From: Waddliaceae bacterium
GTDB lineage: Bacteria; Chlamydiota; Chlamydiia; Chlamydiales; Waddliaceae
Direction: 5' to 3'
Assembly (NCBI GenBank): GCA_963724325.1
Contig: CAVRUH010000001.1
Span: forward strand, 160,001-224,000
Length of the DNA: 64,000 nucleotides
The notes below the pieces were generated by a model, which saw nothing but the letters and a program-made list of their open reading frames with translations, was not told the origin of the DNA and searched no databases. Numbering within the stretch: position 1 is the stretch's first letter; each line of letters starts with the position of its first letter. Below, in pieces: positions 32,175 to 41,490 of the stretch. Both the position numbers and the translations under genes were made by a program.

Positions 32175-32870
32175 ATGTGGATGGGACTATATGAGCCAAT
32201 TAATCTGCTCGGATTACTGATTCAGGCGGTATTTATAGAGAACTTTATTTTGGCCAACTTCCTTGGCATGTGCACCTATTTAGCATGCTCGACACGTCTC
32301 TCTACAGCAAATGGACTTGGCTTTGCCGTGGTTCTTGTGCTAACTATTACTGGAGTCTTAAACTGGTTTGTACACTATTTTGTCACTGGGCCAAATGCTC
32401 TATTTTGGTTAACTTATATAGGAATCAATCCTGTCGGCATCAATCTCAACTTCCTCGAATTTCTACTTTTTATTGCTGTGATTGCTGCTTTCGTACAGGT
32501 CTTGGAAATCATCTTAGAAAAAGTATCCCCAGCACTATACCAAACACTTGGGATCTATTTACCGCTGATTACAGTAAACTGCGCCATCCTTGGAGCTTGC
32601 CTCTTTGCTGTGACGCGTGAGTATCCCTTTTTCCCCAATCTCATTTACGTATTTGGATCTGGCATAGGTTGGTGGCTTGCCATTGCCCTCATTGCCGCTA
32701 TCCGTGAAAAACTAGCCGTTTCAAACGTCGTCCCGTCCCTGCGAGGAATGGGAATCACCTTCATGATGACAGGGCTGATGTCTATGACATTCTCCGGTTT
32801 CACAGGGATAAAACTTTCCAATCCAACAGCTCCTAAACCCACTGAAAAAACGGATGTAAAAGAAAAATGA
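32175..32870 (+). CDS. nqrE: Na+-NQR subunit E
   Basis: FLGMCTYLA, LGIYLPLITVNCAILG. Confidence 0.95.
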   Translation: MWMGLYEPINLLGLLIQAVFIENFILANFLGMCTYLACSTRLSTANGLGFAVVLVLTITGVLNWFVHYFVTGPNALFWLTYIGINPVGINLNFLEFLLFIAVIAAFVQVLEIILEKVSPALYQTLGIYLPLITVNCAILGACLFAVTREYPFFPNLIYVFGSGIGWWLAIALIAAIREKLAVSNVVPSLRGMGITFMMTGLMSMTFSGFTGIKLSNPTAPKPTEKTDVKEK

Positions 32871-33664
32871 AAAATTTTCTGCAAATTGCTACAGAAGCAG
32901 CAAAATCAGGCGGCATAATCCTAGAAAAATATTGGGGAAAGCTTTCAAAAATAGAACAAAAAAAATATTCTTGGGATCTTGTTACTGAAGCCGACAAGGA
33001 ATCCGAGCAGAAAATTCTTGAAATCTTGCATAGAGAATTCCCAACTCATACGCTATTGGGTGAAGAGTCCGGACTTCAGATGATGCAAGGCGCCGACTAT
33101 GTCTGGGTAGTTGATCCCCTAGACGGCACTACCAACTACACCCACCAATACCCAATGGTTTCTGTGTCCATTGGATTATTACACAAAGGACAACCCATTA
33201 TAGGAGTGGTCTATAACCCAATTCATCAAGAACTTTTTCAAGCCGCTCAAGGCTTAGGCGCCACTCTAAATGAACAAAAAATTGCTGTTTCTAAAGTCGA
33301 TTCGCTTAAATCCTCTTTGCTCGCGACAGGTTTCGCCTATGACAGAGTCACCACTCCTGACAATAACTACAACGAATTTTTTCATATTACACATCATAGC
33401 CAAGGAGTCCGCCGATGCGGATCAGCAGCGCTTGACCTTGCTTATGTTGCAGCTGGAAGGCTCGATGGCTTTTGGGAGCGGGGACTAAAGCCCTGGGACA
33501 TAGGCGCGGGGGTTATTTTGATCAGAGAAGCTGGTGGTACAGTGACTTCATATGAAGACACTCCCCTAATTCTCGAATCTGGCAGAATCCTTGCCACAAA
33601 TGGTTTGATCCACAAAACCCTAAGCAAGGAGCTGCATGATGCCCCAACTAAAAAGTATTTCTAA
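32867..33664 (+). CDS. suhB: Inositol monophosphatase family protein
   Basis: DLVTEAD, GEE, WVVDPLDGTTNY, PWDIGAG. Confidence 0.92.
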   Translation: MKNFLQIATEAAKSGGIILEKYWGKLSKIEQKKYSWDLVTEADKESEQKILEILHREFPTHTLLGEESGLQMMQGADYVWVVDPLDGTTNYTHQYPMVSVSIGLLHKGQPIIGVVYNPIHQELFQAAQGLGATLNEQKIAVSKVDSLKSSLLATGFAYDRVTTPDNNYNEFFHITHHSQGVRRCGSAALDLAYVAAGRLDGFWERGLKPWDIGAGVILIREAGGTVTSYEDTPLILESGRILATNGLIHKTLSKELHDAPTKKYF

Positions 33665-34523
33665 AATCTGCTTTATCATCAATCCTATTTCAGGAAAAGG
33701 ACGGGCAAAAGGGATAGCTGAGCTCATCGAAAAATATCTGGACAAATCTAAATTTACTTACGAAATTTTGTATACCACAGCTAAGGGAGATGCCACACGC
33801 TTAAGCAAAGATGCAAGTGAAAAGGGTTTAGACCTAGTGATTGCTGTCGGTGGTGATGGAACAGTCCATGAAGTAGGTAAAGCCTTGATTCATACTAATA
33901 CGGCCCTAGGAATTATCCCTGCAGGCTCTGGCAATGGGCTTGCCCTTCATTGTAATATTCCTACTGATCCAAAAAAGGCTATCGAATTGATTAATCGGAT
34001 GACTTTGCATGATATTGACACCATTCAAGTCGATATGGATCATTATCTAAACATGGCTGGCATAGGATTTGACGCCCATATTGCATGGAGATTTGCAGAA
34101 CATGGAAAGAGAGGGCTCTTCAATTACATCAAACTCATCCTTTTTGATTATTTTAGTTATAAAAATAATGAGTACAATCTAACGATCGATGGAAAAACCA
34201 TTAGTCGGCAGTCATTTTTGATCAGCTTCGCCAATAGTGCACAATATGGGAACAACTTTCGCATTTCGCCCCATTCCAAAATCAATGACGGATATCTTGA
34301 TGTTGTCATTCTCCACCCTTTTTCAACATGGTCAGCACCATCGATGCTTTTCAACCTGCTCCGATCTCAACCATCGAAATACATAGAAATTATCCCGGCT
34401 AAAGAGGTCATCATCCATGGCGGTCCATTCAAAGCACATATGGATGGAGAACCCGCCACCTTCAATAAAGACGCATGTCTTAAAATCAACCCTAATTCAC
34501 TTAAACTCCTCTGCGAAATATGA
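33636..34523 (+). CDS. Diacylglycerol/lipid kinase (YegS/DAGK family)
   Basis: NPISG, GGDGT, P.GSGN, G.GFDA, DGE. Confidence 0.92.
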   Translation: MMPQLKSISKICFIINPISGKGRAKGIAELIEKYLDKSKFTYEILYTTAKGDATRLSKDASEKGLDLVIAVGGDGTVHEVGKALIHTNTALGIIPAGSGNGLALHCNIPTDPKKAIELINRMTLHDIDTIQVDMDHYLNMAGIGFDAHIAWRFAEHGKRGLFNYIKLILFDYFSYKNNEYNLTIDGKTISRQSFLISFANSAQYGNNFRISPHSKINDGYLDVVILHPFSTWSAPSMLFNLLRSQPSKYIEIIPAKEVIIHGGPFKAHMDGEPATFNKDACLKINPNSLKLLCEI

Positions 34524-34748
34524 AAATTTCACTGAATTTTCGAACATTGATTGACGAAATTTCACTGAAATTTTAATATCTTAGCTTAAATACAGATAGA
34601 CACAAAAAATAGATGCATGGCGAGACTAAAGGCGCAAGGAATTTGGAGTGAGCCTTTAATTTTGCCGTGCAAAAGTTTTTTACGAATACAAGGGGATAAA
34701 GTTACAAACTCAGGTTTTGATCAATAATAATTATAAGAGACTGATTAC

Positions 34749-35690
34749 ATGAAAATATCTGTTGGGGCGAGGAGCTCGCCTCTGTCTAGAGCGCAGGTGA
34801 CTGAAGTGTTGACTGAATTGCGACAATACTATCCTGAAATTGCTTTTGAGACAACTTTGGTGACAACTACCGGGGATCACGACCAAAAAACATCACTCAG
34901 AACGCTTGATAAAACCGATTTTTTCACAAAAGAGATCGATCACCTTCTTTTAAATCGAGAATGCCGCATTGGCGTTCATTCAGCAAAAGACCTTCCTGAT
35001 CCCATTCCTGATGGTTTATCAATTATTGCAGTGACAGAAGGTGTTGATTCATCCGATTCCCTTGTTTTGCCTCCAGGTTGCACTTTAAAACCGGGAGATA
35101 CCATTGCCACATCATCCGAGAGACGAGAAGAAAGTGTTCGACAGCTATGCTCCGATCTAAATTTTGTCGATATTCGTGGAACAATCGGTCAAAGGCTGGA
35201 AAAACTCAATGACGGCAAGATTCAAGGAGTAGTCATCGCTGAAGCTGCTCTCATTAGACTCGGATGGACACACCTAAATCGCATCACTCTTCCAGGAACC
35301 ACTACACCCGGCCAAGGCCAACTCGCAGTATTAGCCAGAAAAAATGATCAAGAAATACAAGATTTTTTTGAATGCATTGATTCCCGAAAAAAATGCCTCT
35401 ATTTAGGTCTAGATATACCCCAAAATACTTTGACAACAAGATATGTTCACTGCCCTATCATCAAAATTGTTCCCCGAAAAATTGAAACATACCCGGAAAT
35501 TGCGTCATTCACCCACGTTATTTTTACCAGTAAAACTTCAGTTAAGATCTTCTTTGACCATTTTAAAGAGTTAAACGACAAAATTATTCTTTCAGTTGGA
35601 AAAAAAACGACACAAAAGCTTTTATCGTTAGGCATCCCGTCTCTTTCACTGCAGAAGATGAATGTTCGGAAGGGATCGTCTCAATGCTAG
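34749..35690 (+). CDS. hemC: Hydroxymethylbilane synthase fused to the N-terminal half of uroporphyrinogen-III synthase
   Basis: R.S.L...Q, T.GD, FTKEI, VHSAKD, TSS.RR, IRG; tail HVIFTSKTSV...VGKKT is HemD-like. Confidence 0.88.
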   Translation: MKISVGARSSPLSRAQVTEVLTELRQYYPEIAFETTLVTTTGDHDQKTSLRTLDKTDFFTKEIDHLLLNRECRIGVHSAKDLPDPIPDGLSIIAVTEGVDSSDSLVLPPGCTLKPGDTIATSSERREESVRQLCSDLNFVDIRGTIGQRLEKLNDGKIQGVVIAEAALIRLGWTHLNRITLPGTTTPGQGQLAVLARKNDQEIQDFFECIDSRKKCLYLGLDIPQNTLTTRYVHCPIIKIVPRKIETYPEIASFTHVIFTSKTSVKIFFDHFKELNDKIILSVGKKTTQKLLSLGIPSLSLQKMNVRKGSSQC

Positions 35691-36016
35691 AACAAATGGA
35701 TTTAACCAACGCCAAAATACTATGGCCCCATTCGGTATTATCCAGAGGAGTAATCAAGGACTTTTTGGGTGATAAATGCACAGACTGGATTTTATATGAC
35801 ACCGTTTTTAACGAACCTTATTCTCATCTGAATCTTAACGATTTTGATGAAATAATGTTTACAAGTCCATCCACAGTCGATGCTTTTGCCCATTTTTTCA
35901 AGGAACCGCCGAAAGATATAATTTTGACTCCAATCGGACGTGTCACTTGTGCTTATTTGTCAAATCAGACAGAATGGAACAAAAACAAGGAGTTTAATCA
36001 TGCCGTTGAAGTTTGA
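35633..36016 (+). CDS. hemD: C-terminal half of HemD (frameshifted continuation of the hemC-hemD fusion)
   Basis: [27 protein letters not shown] in the -1 frame. Confidence 0.7.
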   Translation, partial: HPVSFTAEDECSEGIVSMLEQMDLTNAKILWPHSVLSRGVIKDFLGDKCTDWILYDTVFNEPYSHLNLNDFDEIMFTSPSTVDAFAHFFKEPPKDIILTPIGRVTCAYLSNQTEWNKNKEFNHAVEV

Positions 36017-36612
36017 ATTGCCACCGCTCCCATATGGATTGGGAGATCTCGAACCTGTGATCAGCAAAGAGATCATGGATTTGCACTATAACAAACACCA
36101 TAATGCATATCTTCAAAACCTAAATAAGGCTTTGGAACAGTACGAAGAGGCTGAAAAGAACAAAGATGTTGCGAAAATGGTTGCGTTGCAGCCTGCACTT
36201 AAGTTCAATGGAGGCGGATTCGTCAACCACAACATTTTCTGGACAAATCTTTCTCCAAAAAATAAAGATGGCGGAACTCCTCCTAGCGGACCTTTGGCAG
36301 ATGCCATTACAAAAGACTTTGGATCACTCGATCAACTAGTCCAAAAGTTTAGCGCAAAAACCATTGCTATCCAAGGTTCCGGTTGGGGCTGGCTAGGACT
36401 AAATAAGGAGATCGGGGAAACTTGAAATCGGAACAACTTCCAATCAAGATCCAGCCTCGACTTTAGGATTGGTCCCCCTGCTCGGTGTCGATGTTTGGGA
36501 ACATGCCTACTACCTCCAGTACAAAAACGTACGGGCCGACTATGTCAAAATGATTTGGGAAATCGTCAACTGGAAAAACGTTGCCGAAAGGTTCCAGTCA
36601 GCTAGTAAGTAA
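36000..36612 (+). CDS. Fe/Mn superoxide dismutase, frameshift at about 36413-36417
   Basis: [28 protein letters not shown], then NQD and DVWEHAYY in another frame. Confidence 0.9.
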
Positions 36613-36623
36613 TCTCTTAAAAA

Positions 36624-36655
36624 GGACCAAAAGGACATTTATGTCCCTTTGGTCC
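36624..36655. terminator. Hairpin after sod; insertion target of MITE B
   Basis: GGACCAAAAGGACAT-TT-ATGTCCCTTTGGTCC. Confidence 0.55.
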
Positions 36656-37091
36656 CATACACATCAACTTAAAAGCATTTTTAACACCCAGTTCACAGAG
36701 GTATCACAGAGTTATTTTATACTTAATGATCTCTCTGTAAGCGTCAAACTAACCCATCCTGATATTTGCCTTCGCCATAGCGAAGCGAAGGCAAATATCG
36801 GGATGGGTTAGTTTGACGCTTACGTATTTCCGGTTTGGAGTGACCCAATTTGTTGGGTCTTTTTCCGAGCAGAATTTATTCGGCTCGGTGGAGGGCGACA
36901 CCTTGCCCTCCTTGGGTGAATGGCAAAATCTTGCCATGCACAGGGCCGAATAAATTCGGCCCTGAAAAAGACCTAATGAATTAGGTCACTCCAAATTAGA
37001 CTGAGCGTTGAGTTAGGCAACGATTCCGGTTTGACGCTTACATCTCTCTTGTGTTCTTTGTGGTAAAAGACATTTTAGGTTGATGCGTATG
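36656..37091. mobile_element. MITE family B (IS4/IS231-like ends, 11-bp TSD) carrying nested MITE A
   Basis: TIRs CATACACATCAACTTAAAA / TTTTAGGTTGATGCGTATG; direct repeat CCCTTTGGTCC at 36645-36655 and 37092-37102. Confidence 0.88.
36737..37041 (-). mobile_element. MITE family A, complete copy (IS66-like ends, 8-bp TSD)
   Basis: Ends GTAAGCGTCAAAC / GTTTGACGCTTAC; direct repeat ATCTCTCT at 36729-36736 and 37042-37049; 305 bp. Confidence 0.9.
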
Positions 37092-37109
37092 CCCTTTGGT
37101 CCTATAGCT

Positions 37110-37787
37110 TTATGCATATTGCTTAGTTTTCCTAAGGAGAATAATGTTCCTTGCGTAGGGAATGAGGCCAAAGCTAAAATGAGTGATGCTTACAATGTCT
37201 TGAATTCTGATGAAGTAAATCAAAGAAAGAAGACTTCCAGCAATGCTTAACCACCAAAAAGTGGGGCCAAGTTCGCTTTTCTTTGTTTTTTCAATCTGCC
37301 ACCATTGAATCCAAAGTCGGCTGGCAAATAAAAGTCCACCCAATGACCCCAGAATATGCCATGATATGTGATGATACTGTCTAGCAACATCCCAAAGTTT
37401 TGTCGGAGTTCGGATCCAATCGATTTCCCCAATAACAAAATAACTCTGTCCCAAAAAAGCCAAAGTAACAAGACTAATCGAGGCGCCAAGATACAAAAAA
37501 ACAGAGCTCAAAGGTTGAATGCCATCTTTTTTCATCAAATTCAGATTTCTCCATGAAATAATAGCATTTCCTGTCTGGAGTATCGCAAAGGGATATTGCA
37601 CTTGTACAAAATAATGAAGTAACAAAAGGATATTTCCAGCAAGAGATAATCGCCAAAATGTTCTTCCTACATATGATTCCTGTCTTTTCTCACTTTGAAA
37701 CCATTGGACGAGCATTCTTAATGTAAAAAATATCGACGGAAGGAGTCCTAAAGGATAATATAAAAATGGTCTCCAATCTTCAAACAT
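37110..37787 (-). CDS. Lipid-A-disaccharide synthase N-terminal (LAB_N) domain membrane protein
   Basis: Two repeats of F..R...QW...E....S.....FW.LS..G. Confidence 0.85.
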   Translation of the reverse strand: MFEDWRPFLYYPLGLLPSIFFTLRMLVQWFQSEKRQESYVGRTFWRLSLAGNILLLLHYFVQVQYPFAILQTGNAIISWRNLNLMKKDGIQPLSSVFLYLGASISLVTLAFLGQSYFVIGEIDWIRTPTKLWDVARQYHHISWHILGSLGGLLFASRLWIQWWQIEKTKKSELGPTFWWLSIAGSLLSLIYFIRIQDIVSITHFSFGLIPYARNIILLRKTKQYA

Positions 37788-37796
37788 AGTCCATTC

Positions 37797-39029
37797 TCAT
37801 GATGAAACACTTTCCCATTCATATTCTTTAGAGACTTCTTTTGGCAGAAATAAAATGCAAATAATGCTTCCTGCAAAGAAAATACCAAATGTCAGCAGAG
37901 CTTTTACCGCAGCATTGTCGCTGAAGCATTTTGTTAAGAGGCCACCGCCGCCAGGCCCTACAGCCTCTGAAACGCACCATACGAGACCCATGAGGAAGGC
38001 ACTGACCAATCCGGGTCTGCTGGGCATCAATTGATTGCCATGGGCAACAATAACTGGAGTAACAACTCCTAAGGTGGCACCTAAGCAGAACAGCAAACTT
38101 AATATAGCATATTCAGGCATAACTGGTAGTAGCAGGAAACTGTAAAAAAGAAAAAGGCTGGTTACTACCGAAGCAAATACAACAAATTTGGTAGAATATT
38201 TATCTGCAAGGTATCCTCCGGGCACTAAAATGACGGCTCCGCCTATAATAAAGAAAAAGTGACCGGCTCCCATAGAAACCCAATTATGATATCCTTTAGC
38301 GATTAGAACATCGGGGAGGAGAAAAATGAATCCCCAGAATATTGTAGAGTTACACACTTGCGTGATGTACAGAATGGTGAGATCGCGGTTTTGAAACATC
38401 TTTAGCATTGCATTGAAACCATATCTTCTTCCTGGAGGTGCAGGGGTGCCATGCAATTCAGAAGTGCCTGAAAAGAGTAGATAACCGGAAAGCATTAGTG
38501 ATGGGATTCCTAGTAACAGAGTATTTCCGAATTGTCCGTAAATTTCTGAAAAAGCCAGTTGGCTGAATCCCATTCCTATGGCACCCCCTGTTGCAAATAT
38601 GGCGATGAAAAGGCTTTTGCGCTTTTCAGTTAGGGTGCTGATCACAGCAACGGCGGAGGGGTGAAACGCACCTGATCCAATGCAAGTAAATAGGTAAATC
38701 CAAAAGATAAATAAATAGTTTTGCGAATAAGGTAATATAGTGTTCGTAGCAGTTATTAATATCCCCAACCAAGCGAGCAATTTACGGTATCCCTTATCTC
38801 CTAATGCTCCAAAAATTATTTGCATTCCTTCACCGATGAATGGACAGATGCCGGCGATCATTCCGGCGATGGCAAGGTCTAAATGAAACATTGTTTTATA
38901 AAGAGGCCAAAAGCCGATCATTAAATCAACAAGACAATGTCCTAAAGACATGATAATAAGAGTACTATATATTTTGGATTTTGTATTCATAATATTATAA
39001 ATTGTTTCCTTATCATACCACACCGACAC
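37797..39029 (-). CDS. MFS transporter (Fsr-like)
   Basis: About 12 TM segments; H...D, G.L.DK, G.GAFHP, GG.LADK. Confidence 0.88.
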   Translation of the reverse strand: MSVWYDKETIYNIMNTKSKIYSTLIIMSLGHCLVDLMIGFWPLYKTMFHLDLAIAGMIAGICPFIGEGMQIIFGALGDKGYRKLLAWLGILITATNTILPYSQNYLFIFWIYLFTCIGSGAFHPSAVAVISTLTEKRKSLFIAIFATGGAIGMGFSQLAFSEIYGQFGNTLLLGIPSLMLSGYLLFSGTSELHGTPAPPGRRYGFNAMLKMFQNRDLTILYITQVCNSTIFWGFIFLLPDVLIAKGYHNWVSMGAGHFFFIIGGAVILVPGGYLADKYSTKFVVFASVVTSLFLFYSFLLLPVMPEYAILSLLFCLGATLGVVTPVIVAHGNQLMPSRPGLVSAFLMGLVWCVSEAVGPGGGGLLTKCFSDNAAVKALLTFGIFFAGSIICILFLPKEVSKEYEWESVSS

Positions 39030-39131
39030 ATAAATTGACAGGAAAAAAGAAATTTCTTGCCATCAGAATGGCATTTATGATACACAGGAAATCAGTTTTC
39101 GAAAAACATTTTTAACAAAAAGGACAATATT

Positions 39132-39473
39132 ATGAAAAAATTTGCATTTTTAGCTACAGCGCTTACGTTGGTAGCATCAGTTAACGTGTCAGCAGACTAC
39201 ACTGCACCAACCACTCCTGCTGCTCCAACTACTCCTGCTGCTCCAACAGCAAAAACTTCAGCCATGAAAATGGATGACGTTCAATTTAGAGCTTCTTTAA
39301 ATCCAGAAGCAAAAGTTATGTACGATAATTTGAATGCTGAAGGTAAAGCCTCAGCTATGAAAATGGCTAGTGAAGGCAAAGACAAAAACGACGCTGTTAA
39401 AGAAGCAAGCAAGAAAATGGTAGAAAAGAAAGCTACCGATACCATGACTCCTGCGATGACTCCTTCAAAATAG
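39132..39473 (+). CDS. Small secreted protein with PTTPAA repeats
   Basis: Signal peptide MKKFAFLATALTLVASVNVSA; AAGGA RBS; 18-bp tandem repeat. Confidence 0.8.
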   Translation: MKKFAFLATALTLVASVNVSADYTAPTTPAAPTTPAAPTAKTSAMKMDDVQFRASLNPEAKVMYDNLNAEGKASAMKMASEGKDKNDAVKEASKKMVEKKATDTMTPAMTPSK

Positions 39474-39503
39474 TATCTTTTTTTTACCTTTTTTGGTATT
39501 ATG

Positions 39504-39527
39504 AAGGGCCGGCAATTGCTGGCCCTT
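39504..39527 (+). terminator. Intrinsic terminator-like hairpin
   Basis: AAGGGCCGGC-AATT-GCTGGCCCTT followed by a T-rich stretch. Confidence 0.6.
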
Positions 39528-39534
39528 TATATTT

Positions 39535-40710
39535 ATGATAATAAAAACACGTGAAGCAGCTTTTCTTGCCATATTAGCCTCTGTAAAAGATGTCGAATAT
39601 GCCTGTAAATCCCTACAAAAATGGAGGGAACATGATAATCCTCCATCTCGAGACTTTAATTTTGCCCAAGAACTTGCTTTTGGAACAATTAGAATGGCGA
39701 TGGCTTTAGATCACATTGGATTAAACCTTTCCGACAATAAGAAGCTCAATCTAAAGCTTAAAGAAAAAGTGTTGCTCCGGATGGCTATCTATCAGTTCAT
39801 TTTTATGGATCGGGTTCCTATTTATGCAATTACAAATGAAGCGACTGAATTAGCAAAACAGTATTGCCATGGGAGTTTTGTCAAATTCTTAAATGCTATC
39901 TTAAGGAACTTATCGAAGGAAAATTATTTCCTCCCTGAGGATAAATTTAGTATTCGCTATTCTTATCCAGAATACTACGTCGAACATCTTTTGAAAGATT
40001 ACGGTCAAGAAATTACAGAAAGCCTATTAGAAATTGGAAATAAATCGGGATGTACAATGTTTCGCAACAGAAAAACTGGGGTAGTCGAGACGGTAACTGA
40101 TGTTTCCATAATCCCGGAAATTGCACAATCCTCAGACTATTACATCCAAAATGCCACACCTGCGGCTCTGATTGATCGACTTTGCGAGGGGATCGAGCCT
40201 CCGAAGAATGTATTGGATTTATGTGCCTCTCCTGGAGGAAAATTGATCTCCATTCACGATCATTTTCCAAATGCTAAATTGCATGCGAATGATGTTTCAG
40301 ACGAAAAATTAATTCCATTGGCGGAAAATTGTCAAAAATACGGAATTCAAACAGAATTAAGCTGTTCGAAAGGGGAAGAATATCGCAACGAAACAAAGTT
40401 TGATCTCATTATTTTAGATGTTCCTTGCAGCAATAGCGGGGTATTGAATAAGCGGCCGGAGGCAAGATGGAGACTTTCGCACGAAAATGTGAAACGATTG
40501 GAAAAAACACAGCTTGATTTAATTGAAAATGCGTTAACTCTTCTTTCCAACAGAGGGGAAATTTGGTATCTTACATGCAGTATTTTAAAGAGGGAAAATG
40601 AAAGGCTCATGGAAAAAATTCCCAATGTTCGTATTAGATTAAAAGAAACAATTTTACCAAACCATGAAGGCTGGGATGGCGGTTTTGCCTGTGCCTTGCA
40701 AAAGTTATGA
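39535..40710 (+). CDS. rsmB: 16S rRNA m5C methyltransferase (NusB domain plus RsmB/Sun)
   Basis: FLNAILR, LDLCASPGGK, DVPCSNSG, TCSI. Confidence 0.9.
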   Translation: MIIKTREAAFLAILASVKDVEYACKSLQKWREHDNPPSRDFNFAQELAFGTIRMAMALDHIGLNLSDNKKLNLKLKEKVLLRMAIYQFIFMDRVPIYAITNEATELAKQYCHGSFVKFLNAILRNLSKENYFLPEDKFSIRYSYPEYYVEHLLKDYGQEITESLLEIGNKSGCTMFRNRKTGVVETVTDVSIIPEIAQSSDYYIQNATPAALIDRLCEGIEPPKNVLDLCASPGGKLISIHDHFPNAKLHANDVSDEKLIPLAENCQKYGIQTELSCSKGEEYRNETKFDLIILDVPCSNSGVLNKRPEARWRLSHENVKRLEKTQLDLIENALTLLSNRGEIWYLTCSILKRENERLMEKIPNVRIRLKETILPNHEGWDGGFACALQKL

Positions 40711-41489
40711 CAATACAATTTATCGATTCACACGCACATATCACCTATCCTGAACAGTACGATCAAATCGATGCCATCCTAAGCAGGGCTCGGGAAGCAG
40801 GAGTGGTTAAAATCATCAATATCTGCACAGATCTTGACACGTTGGTGAAGGGTATCGAGCTAAAGAAACGATATCCATTTATTTACAATGTGGCCTCTAC
40901 CACGCCTCATGACGTAGAGACTGAAGGTGAAATGGTCTTTCCAATAATGGAAAAGCATGCGAAAGCCGGTGACCTCGTAGCTGTGGGAGAAACAGGCCTT
41001 GATTATCATTATGAACATTCCCCAAAGGAAACTCAAAAGCTTTTCCTCCGTCGCTATTTGCACCTTGCCCTAGAATGTAAACTGCCGGTTGTTATCCATT
41101 GCCGCGAGGCATTTGCGGACCTGTTTGAAATCATTGACGAAGAGTATGCAAATGCACCAGGAGTCCTCCATTGCTTCACTGGATCAGTGGCGGAAGCGGA
41201 AGAAGTGATCAAGCGAGGATGGTATTTGTCTTTAAGCGGAATTGTGACCTTTAAAAAAAGTGAACAGCTGCGTGAAGTGGCTAAAATGGTTCCACTTGAT
41301 CGCCTGTTGATCGAAACAGATGCTCCATTTTTGGCTCCGCAAGGCCATCGTGGAAAAGTGAATGAACCTTCATATATAGTTGAAACGGCACAGTGCATAG
41401 CCGATGTTAAAAATATTTCTTTGGATGAATTGGCCCATTGCACAACAAGAAATGCGTCTCAGGTATTTAAAATAAGGGATAATATTTGA
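40707..41489 (+). CDS. tatD: TatD family nuclease
   Basis: DSHAH, GETGLDY, IHCREA, HCFTG, ETDAP. Confidence 0.95.
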   Translation: MTIQFIDSHAHITYPEQYDQIDAILSRAREAGVVKIINICTDLDTLVKGIELKKRYPFIYNVASTTPHDVETEGEMVFPIMEKHAKAGDLVAVGETGLDYHYEHSPKETQKLFLRRYLHLALECKLPVVIHCREAFADLFEIIDEEYANAPGVLHCFTGSVAEAEEVIKRGWYLSLSGIVTFKKSEQLREVAKMVPLDRLLIETDAPFLAPQGHRGKVNEPSYIVETAQCIADVKNISLDELAHCTTRNASQVFKIRDNI

Positions 41490-41490
41490 A

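Noticed and set aside
29158..32870. nqr operon lacking nqrA and nqrF
   Set aside because: A split nqr organisation is usual in chlamydiae; not novel.
35600..35607. Programmed -1 frameshift at the A8 run in hemC-hemD
   Set aside because: The zero-frame sequence after the run ([10 protein letters not shown]) still matches HemD, so the shift lies about 25 nt later.
39207..39248. 18-bp tandem repeat
   Set aside because: In-frame PTTPAA linker of a secreted protein; ordinary low complexity.
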